Of a stretch of DNA of 64,000 nt, positions 57,951 to 64,000 are shown one piece after another. Origin of the DNA: an uncultured Verrucomicrobiae bacterium (GTDB lineage: Bacteria; Verrucomicrobiota; Verrucomicrobiia; Chthoniobacterales; UBA10450); the NCBI GenBank assembly GCA_963815455.1, contig CAWFGO010000005.1, positions 32,001-96,000 of the forward strand. Direction: 5' to 3'. The stretch's first letter is position 1. Each line of letters opens with the position of its first letter. Position numbers and translations under genes: made by a program. Below the pieces are notes generated by a model, which searched no databases, was not told the origin of the DNA, and saw only the letters and a program-made list of their open reading frames with translations.

Positions 57951-60700
57951 TCGAGAAAGACGCCGAGATCGCGATTTCGCAATCGTTGGACCAACTAGAA
58001 TGGATTCCGCGGCCGAAGCTTCTCGCTTTGCGCCGGCTTGGCATCGAGAGGGTGGAAGATCTACTCACGCATTATCCGCGACGTCACGAAGATCGACATC
58101 AGTTTCCCCATTTTCCGCGCGAGGAGAGCGACACGCCGATTTGTCTCTGCGGTGAAGTGGTCAAAACATCGGTGCGCCGATTTGGCGGCTGGAAAAAAAT
58201 CTTCGAGGCCACACTGGAGGAATCGGGCTCAAACGCGCTGAGCGAGCCGCTGGTTTGCCGGTGGTTCAATTTGCATTATGTGCAAAAAATGATCGCGACG
58301 GGCCAGCAACTCGTCGTGTTCGGGAAGCCGCGCCTGCGGGGAAAACGGATTTGCATGGAGCACCCTGAGTTCGAAGTGATTGAGAACGACGAGGAGATGT
58401 CGATCCATTTTCGGCGAATTACGCCGATTTATCCTGCCACCGAGGGTCTTTCCCAACGCGTGTTGCGCAGCCTGATCCATCGTTTGTTAGACGAGCTTGC
58501 CGACGAACCGTTGGAAACATTGTTGCCGAAGGAACTGGCCGGCGCCGACCGGCGCGCCGCGCTTGGCGCGATTCATTTTCCGGAGAACTGGGAAGCGCAT
58601 CACGCGGCGCGACAGCATCTCGTGCTCTCGGAATTTTTCGCGATGCAAATGTTGATCGCCTCCCGGCGTTCGGAAGCATCAATTCGGGCCGGCGAATCGC
58701 ATTGCGGCACCGGAGCGTTGCTCGAAAAATTTGTGGGTGCGCTCCCATTCGATTTGACCAGCGCGCAGTCGAAAGTGATCGCTGAAATCCGGCGCGATCT
58801 CGCCTCGAGCCATCCGATGAATCGGTTACTGCAGGGCGACGTCGGTTCCGGAAAAACCGTGGTGGCGATCGCGGCGATGCTCCTGGCAATCGAAGCCGGA
58901 TATCAGGCGGCGTTCATGGCGCCGACGCAAATTCTGGCGGAACAACATTACGCCGTGCTCCGCCGCTGGCTTGAACCGCTGGGCATTCGATTGTCGATCC
59001 GCACGGCAGCGCGACAGGAAGACAACGCGCCGCTGCCGTTGTTCGCGCAGGCGCAGAATTTAACGCACGGAAGGATTCTGGGGAGCACAGGCTGCCAGCC
59101 TGTTGCGTCCGGCAGCTTGCCGGACTCTTCTGCGCCCGAGGAAAAAATAGGGAAAATCCTGTCCGGCATGGCCGAACCTATTTACCACCGGCGCAGCCTC
59201 CCTCATTTCGAGCGGCCCTGGGCCAAATACGCAATTACCTTCGCAACACGAAATCGTTGGCGACTGTCGCCAAAAGCGCGTGATGTCGTGCTGGAATCCA
59301 TCATCAACTGGAAGGATAAGCGTTACGAACTCTACGCTGCGTGCGTAATGCCGGATCACGTGCATATGCTGATCGAACCGATGGTCGAGCGGCAGGGCGC
59401 GTCTGGTGACTCGGTCTTTTTTTCCATTTCAAAAATTCTGCACACGATCAAATCGTTTACTGCCAAACAAATCAACAGGACAGAAAGCAGAAGCGGATCG
59501 GTTTGGGAGATAGAATCGTTCGACAGAATGATTCGATCGGAGAGTGATTTGCGGGAAAAATTTCTATATATTACGGGTAACCCTTGGGACGTGGGGGTCG
59601 CCAAACAGGGCGAAGATTACCGATGGGTCTGGTACCCTGGGAGCCGCGACGCCATTCAATTCGCGGCAGGCTGCCGCGAACCACAGGCTGGCAGCCTGTG
59701 CTCCCCGGAGGCGAAGCTCGCTCCCGAGGAGCCTCAAATCATCGTGGGAACGCACGCGCTGCTTTACGACAATGTTTCCTTTTCGAATCTTGGATTGGTG
59801 GTCATTGATGAGCAGCACAAGTTTGGCGTTGCCCAACGCGCTCGCTTAACGGATCGCGAACCGGCGCCGGATGTGCTCGTCATGACAGCGACGCCAATTC
59901 CGCGGACGTTGACCATGACGGTTTACGGCGATCTCGATGTTTCAATCATTGATGAGATGCCGCGCAATCGGGGGAAGATAATCACCGCGGCCCGCGACGA
60001 ATCGAAGCTTGGCGAGGTCCTGGTATTTTTGCGCGGGCAGTTGGAAGCCGGGCGTCAAGCGTACGTGATTTATCCGTTGATCGACGAAAGCGACAAGCTC
60101 GATGCCAAGGCGGCGGCGGCGGAATATGAATTGTGGCTGGAACGTTTGCGCCCATATCAATGCGAGCTGCTGCACGGCCGCATCCCTGCTCCGGAAAAAC
60201 AGGAAATCATGGAACGGTTTCGCCAAGGCCAGACCAGCGTTTTGATCAGCACGACCGTGATCGAGGTCGGGGTCGATGTTCCAAATGCTGCGGTGATGCT
60301 GGTTGAAAACGCGGAACGCTTCGGCTTGGCCCAGCTGCATCAACTCCGTGGGCGGATCGGGCGCGGCGAGCATAAGTCGTATTGCATTTTGTTAACGTCG
60401 GACGACTCGAAGGAGACGGCGGCGAAGCTCGCCGTTCTGGAAAAAACAATCAACGGTTTCGACGTGGCCGAAGCCGATTGGGATTTGCGTGGGCCGGGCG
60501 ATCTGTTAGGCACGGCGCAAAGCGGTCTCCCCGGCCTCAAGATTGGTAATTTAAAGTCGGACGCGCAATTGATGCGCCGCGCGCGAGCAGCGGCGATGTC
60601 GATCTTCCGGGCCGATCCGGGTTTGGAGCTGCCGGAGAATCAACATTTTCGCCGTTTGATTGTCGAAACACAGGGACGAACCTTCTCAAACGTCAGTTGA
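57947..60700 (+). CDS. recG: ATP-dependent DNA helicase RecG carrying an in-frame RAYT-like insertion
   Basis: Wedge/OB domain, QGDVGSGKT, APTQILAEQH, GTHAL, DEQH, TATPIPRT, QLRGRIGRG, TRG motif; 917 aa versus 708 aa without the insert. Confidence 0.95.
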   Translation: MIEKDAEIAISQSLDQLEWIPRPKLLALRRLGIERVEDLLTHYPRRHEDRHQFPHFPREESDTPICLCGEVVKTSVRRFGGWKKIFEATLEESGSNALSEPLVCRWFNLHYVQKMIATGQQLVVFGKPRLRGKRICMEHPEFEVIENDEEMSIHFRRITPIYPATEGLSQRVLRSLIHRLLDELADEPLETLLPKELAGADRRAALGAIHFPENWEAHHAARQHLVLSEFFAMQMLIASRRSEASIRAGESHCGTGALLEKFVGALPFDLTSAQSKVIAEIRRDLASSHPMNRLLQGDVGSGKTVVAIAAMLLAIEAGYQAAFMAPTQILAEQHYAVLRRWLEPLGIRLSIRTAARQEDNAPLPLFAQAQNLTHGRILGSTGCQPVASGSLPDSSAPEEKIGKILSGMAEPIYHRRSLPHFERPWAKYAITFATRNRWRLSPKARDVVLESIINWKDKRYELYAACVMPDHVHMLIEPMVERQGASGDSVFFSISKILHTIKSFTAKQINRTESRSGSVWEIESFDRMIRSESDLREKFLYITGNPWDVGVAKQGEDYRWVWYPGSRDAIQFAAGCREPQAGSLCSPEAKLAPEEPQIIVGTHALLYDNVSFSNLGLVVIDEQHKFGVAQRARLTDREPAPDVLVMTATPIPRTLTMTVYGDLDVSIIDEMPRNRGKIITAARDESKLGEVLVFLRGQLEAGRQAYVIYPLIDESDKLDAKAAAAEYELWLERLRPYQCELLHGRIPAPEKQEIMERFRQGQTSVLISTTVIEVGVDVPNAAVMLVENAERFGLAQLHQLRGRIGRGEHKSYCILLTSDDSKETAAKLAVLEKTINGFDVAEADWDLRGPGDLLGTAQSGLPGLKIGNLKSDAQLMRRARAAAMSIFRADPGLELPENQHFRRLIVETQGRTFSNVS
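59080..59706 (+). mobile_element. REP-flanked HUH (Y1) tyrosine transposase, RAYT/TnpA(REP)-like, in frame within recG
   Basis: RRSLPHF, YAITF, CVMPDHVHML (HUH), IKSFTA, VWEIESFDRMIR, YITGNP (catalytic Tyr); perfect 24-bp terminal IR at 59080-59103 / 59683-59706. Confidence 0.92.
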
Positions 60701-62232
60701 TGAAAAATCTCGCCAAATTCTTACTATTGGTGCTGCTGGTTAGCGCAGCAATCTCGTTTCTCTATGATTACCGGCTCAAGCATGGGAATCTGAAGCCGCT
60801 CCCAAGCCGAACACCGGAAAAATATACGCTCGCAAACGAGCCTAACATCAAATCGCAGCAGGTCGCCTCTCTGGAAGCGCTGAACAGAGAGCGGCGGGCA
60901 CTGGTAAACAGCGTGATCCCGTCCGTCGTTGCGGTGAAGACCTCGAAGAAAATCGAGATCCGCCGGCAATATGGGCTCGATCCATTTCAATTTTTCTTTC
61001 GCAATCCGAGCCAGTTCCGCAGTCCGCGGGATCAGGCGCTGGTACAAAACTCTCTTGGCTCTGGAGTCATCGTGACAAACGAGGGACACATCATCACCAA
61101 CAACCACGTTGTCGATCAAGTGGACGATATCGAAGTGCAGTTAAGCGATGGACGCACCACCAAAGCGCGGGTTGTCGGCGCGGATGCGCAGCTCGATCTG
61201 GCTGTCCTTAAGATCGACGAACCGGGGGTCAAGCCGCTCAAGCTGGCCGATTCCGATGCGGTACAGGTAGGCGATTTTGTTTTGGCGATCGGAAATCCTT
61301 TTGGGTTCGAAGAAACAGTGACGGACGGAATCATTAGCTCGAAGGGACGCCCGAATCGCAGCGACGCGTTTAGCGATTTGCTGCAAACGGATGCAGCCAT
61401 CAATCCGGGCAACAGCGGGGGCCCGTTGATCAACCTTAGCGGTGAAGTCGTTGGGATTAACACCGCGATCATTTCACGCAGTGGCAGTTCTTCCGGAATT
61501 GGCTTCGCTATTCCGTCCAACACGGTGCGCAACGCACTCGAGAGCCTGCTGAAGCAAGGCCGGATCATACGCGGTTATCTCGGGATTCAGACGCGAGCGT
61601 TGCAGCCGCCAGGTCAACGAGCGCCGGAAACCGAAGGCGTTACGGTAGATGACGTCATCGCAGGATCGCCTGCGGCCGAGGCCCGCTTGCAAAAGGGAGA
61701 CGTGATTCGCAAGTTCGCTGGGCATGATGTGAAAAATTTTCCGGCGCTGCGCAGTCTCGTCGCTCAGGCTGAGCTGAACAAAAAAGTCGAGCTGGAAATT
61801 GTTCGCGATGGGAAACCGATGAAGGTCACGACGGAAATCAGGGAGCAACCGATGGACTTTCAAACCGCGCAGTCGCCGCAAGGAAACCAGCCCCAGCCGC
61901 AAGTGCCGGCCGAACCGGACGCGGGCGATCAGGGCGAACCCGACGCGGGCAACCCGCTCGGAGCAATTCACGTTGAGGCCCTAACGTCTGAGATGATGCG
62001 CCAGCTCGATCTGCCAAATAATGCGCATGGCGTGGTTATTACGAATGTCGATCCTAACGGCGGAGCCGCGGAGCTGCAGAAAGGCGATGTCATTGAAGAA
62101 ATTAATCAGCAACCGATCGGATCGCTCTCAGATTACGACAGGATCGCCGGGGCGCTGGATCCGACTAAACCACATGTCTTGTCGGTGTGTCGGCACCGGA
62201 CGCGTTCGTTCGTTGTGCTGCGGCCGCGATGA
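60700..62232 (+). CDS. Do/DegP-family serine protease with two PDZ domains
   Basis: SLGSGVIV, TNNHVV, DLAVL, IGNPFG, QTDAAINPGNSGGPL; N-terminal TM. Confidence 0.92.
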   Translation: MKNLAKFLLLVLLVSAAISFLYDYRLKHGNLKPLPSRTPEKYTLANEPNIKSQQVASLEALNRERRALVNSVIPSVVAVKTSKKIEIRRQYGLDPFQFFFRNPSQFRSPRDQALVQNSLGSGVIVTNEGHIITNNHVVDQVDDIEVQLSDGRTTKARVVGADAQLDLAVLKIDEPGVKPLKLADSDAVQVGDFVLAIGNPFGFEETVTDGIISSKGRPNRSDAFSDLLQTDAAINPGNSGGPLINLSGEVVGINTAIISRSGSSSGIGFAIPSNTVRNALESLLKQGRIIRGYLGIQTRALQPPGQRAPETEGVTVDDVIAGSPAAEARLQKGDVIRKFAGHDVKNFPALRSLVAQAELNKKVELEIVRDGKPMKVTTEIREQPMDFQTAQSPQGNQPQPQVPAEPDAGDQGEPDAGNPLGAIHVEALTSEMMRQLDLPNNAHGVVITNVDPNGGAAELQKGDVIEEINQQPIGSLSDYDRIAGALDPTKPHVLSVCRHRTRSFVVLRPR

Positions 62233-62357
62233 GGCGTGCTAGATCGTCCGGCGGGGCAGGCAATTTCGTCTCATTCTGCACGCGTTCGCTCCGCGACTTA
62301 CGATTCCTAAATTGAATAAAGGCCTGGGCGCGTGAGTCCAACGCCTGAAAACCGATT

Positions 62358-63956
62358 ATGATTATGAAGAAAATATTTTTTGCATTAACCATGCTCGCTT
62401 TGGTTTTGCCCGCCATCCCGCGGGCCAACGGAGCCGAGCTCACCGTGAATCTTTTCTACGATAATCTTTCCGGTGGAAACTGGATTGATGCGGATGAGTA
62501 CGGCTATGGCTGGCAACCAGACGTAGCGGCGAACGATTCGGATTGGCGGCCTTATGCCGACGGTTACTGGGCATATACCGATTATGGATGGACGTGGATA
62601 TCGTACGAGGACTTTGGCTGGGCCACGTATCACTACGGCCGGTGGGCCCGCCTGGCCGACTACGGGTGGGTCTGGTTTCCGGGCTCTGATTTGGAATGGG
62701 GGCCAGCCTGGGTTTCCTGGCGCTTCGGCGGCAATTACTGTGGTTGGGCACCGCTGCCGCCGCGCGGACCCGGGATCGTCTATGACGGACGGCCAATTGG
62801 AGGACACGTGGATATCGAATTCGATATCGGACCGGCCTATTACAACTTTGTCGATATTCGGTATGTCGGCGAACCAGTCCTGCGCAGCCACATTTACGCG
62901 CCGAGCTATAACGTGACGTACGTAAACCAAACGGTAAATGTCACCAACATTACCGTTAAGAATAAGATCGTTTACAATTACGGACCGAGTTACGAGGTGT
63001 TGTCCAAGCATTCGGCCCGGCCCATTCAGCGACTGAAAATCGAGCGTGAGACGAATGTCGATTTTTCAACTGCGGCAAAATCCGGGAGGCTGACCAAGGT
63101 ACAGGGAGACAAGCTCATGCTCGGTGCTCCGCAAAATATCGAGAGGTCGTCCAAAACAATTGCGCCGCCGAAAGTGAAAACCAAACTGGCCAGGGACAAG
63201 GTCAAGCTTGAACACGGCTGGTCCGTTGCCGGCGACGAAAAGGCGCAGACGGAACTGAAACAGAAAATCAAGACACAGGACTTGAAGAAAATCCCGCCGC
63301 CGACTGAGGGAACGTCTGGCCAGGCCGAGAATGGTGCATCGCCGGGTGAGACCAGCGCTGCGTCGCAAGCCGAAAAAGACAAGCACCGCCGGCCGGGCGA
63401 ATCAGCCGATCAAACCGCATCTCCAGCCCGTGAAAGTTCGCCAGAAGAAACTTCGATGACTTCGGGCCGGGGCAAACAGAAGGACAAAAAGGAGGAGGTT
63501 GTCGGCGGACCGCCCACCGTACCCGAGCCGATGAATCCGCCAGGTGGCACGAAACGCAACGTCGGGAAAGAATTGTCGAAGGGCAAAGGCAAGGACAAGA
63601 ATCTGGAACCTGGAGTTCCGGTTCCGCCGGATGAAATGAATCCTGCGACGGGCCGACTGGGCGGTAAACGTAAAATGATGCCTCCGGAGCCGGCGGCCGG
63701 CGAGACTGCCGCCAGTGAGATCGAACAGGGCGCCGGGCAAGGAAAGATGAAAAAGAAAATGGGCGTGCCACCGACGGCGCCCGAGCCCATTAACCCGCCG
63801 GGTTCGGCTCAAGGCAACTCCAGGAAACGCGGGCCGGGGATGAACCCCCCGGGGGGACCAGTCAGCGCCGACGTTCCTGGCGGTGAGCAACGCGGTGGGG
63901 GCAAGCACGAGGGAAAGAAAAAAGGCGCGCACGAATCGCCAACGCCTGGCCCGTAG
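62358..63956 (+). CDS. DUF6600-type secreted protein with long low-complexity tail
   Basis: WRPYADGYW, GWATYHYGRW, WGPAWVSWR, GWAPLPP; K/P/G/E-rich tail. Confidence 0.82.
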   Translation: MIMKKIFFALTMLALVLPAIPRANGAELTVNLFYDNLSGGNWIDADEYGYGWQPDVAANDSDWRPYADGYWAYTDYGWTWISYEDFGWATYHYGRWARLADYGWVWFPGSDLEWGPAWVSWRFGGNYCGWAPLPPRGPGIVYDGRPIGGHVDIEFDIGPAYYNFVDIRYVGEPVLRSHIYAPSYNVTYVNQTVNVTNITVKNKIVYNYGPSYEVLSKHSARPIQRLKIERETNVDFSTAAKSGRLTKVQGDKLMLGAPQNIERSSKTIAPPKVKTKLARDKVKLEHGWSVAGDEKAQTELKQKIKTQDLKKIPPPTEGTSGQAENGASPGETSAASQAEKDKHRRPGESADQTASPARESSPEETSMTSGRGKQKDKKEEVVGGPPTVPEPMNPPGGTKRNVGKELSKGKGKDKNLEPGVPVPPDEMNPATGRLGGKRKMMPPEPAAGETAASEIEQGAGQGKMKKKMGVPPTAPEPINPPGSAQGNSRKRGPGMNPPGGPVSADVPGGEQRGGGKHEGKKKGAHESPTPGP

Positions 63957-64000
63957 TGGCCAGCAAGTAGATGTAGCCGGGATCGGTGATCCCGGTGCAT

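Noticed and set aside
59080..59706. Intein in RecG
   Set aside because: No Hint-domain motifs and no C-terminal HN followed by C/S/T; the insert has HUH transposase motifs and DNA-level inverted repeats instead.

Overview
GC-rich bacterial chromosomal segment. Gene content and style suggest Verrucomicrobiota, Chthoniobacterales-like (inference). It is mostly housekeeping: topB, ubiE/menG, a GldA/F/G-type ABC operon, sucA-sucB-lpdA, dnaX-ybaB, ilvE-mcsA-mcsB-clpC, xerC, mlaEFD-yacL, an Ssu/Tau-type ABC transporter, recJ-recG-degP, tRNA-Val(TAC) and tmRNA. The most striking feature is an apparently intact REP-associated HUH tyrosine transposase (RAYT-like) domain inserted in frame inside recG. 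It is bounded by a perfect 24-bp inverted repeat and is exactly 627 bp (209 codons) long. The window is also rich in short palindromic elements (GTAG-, GTGG-, GGAG- and GTC-tagged REP-like families), and several sit in frame inside other genes (dnaX, sucB, dmpA, a cyclodeaminase, a racemase-like gene, a membrane glycosyltransferase). Downstream of tmRNA is a small decayed islet: a palindrome-associated GIY-YIG nuclease, a truncated sulfotransferase paralog, and satD-DUF3307 flanked by what look like type III restriction-modification gene ends. Six +1 frameshifts in gldG/sucA/sucB are most likely sequencing errors. All family assignments come from motif recognition only; no searches were run.
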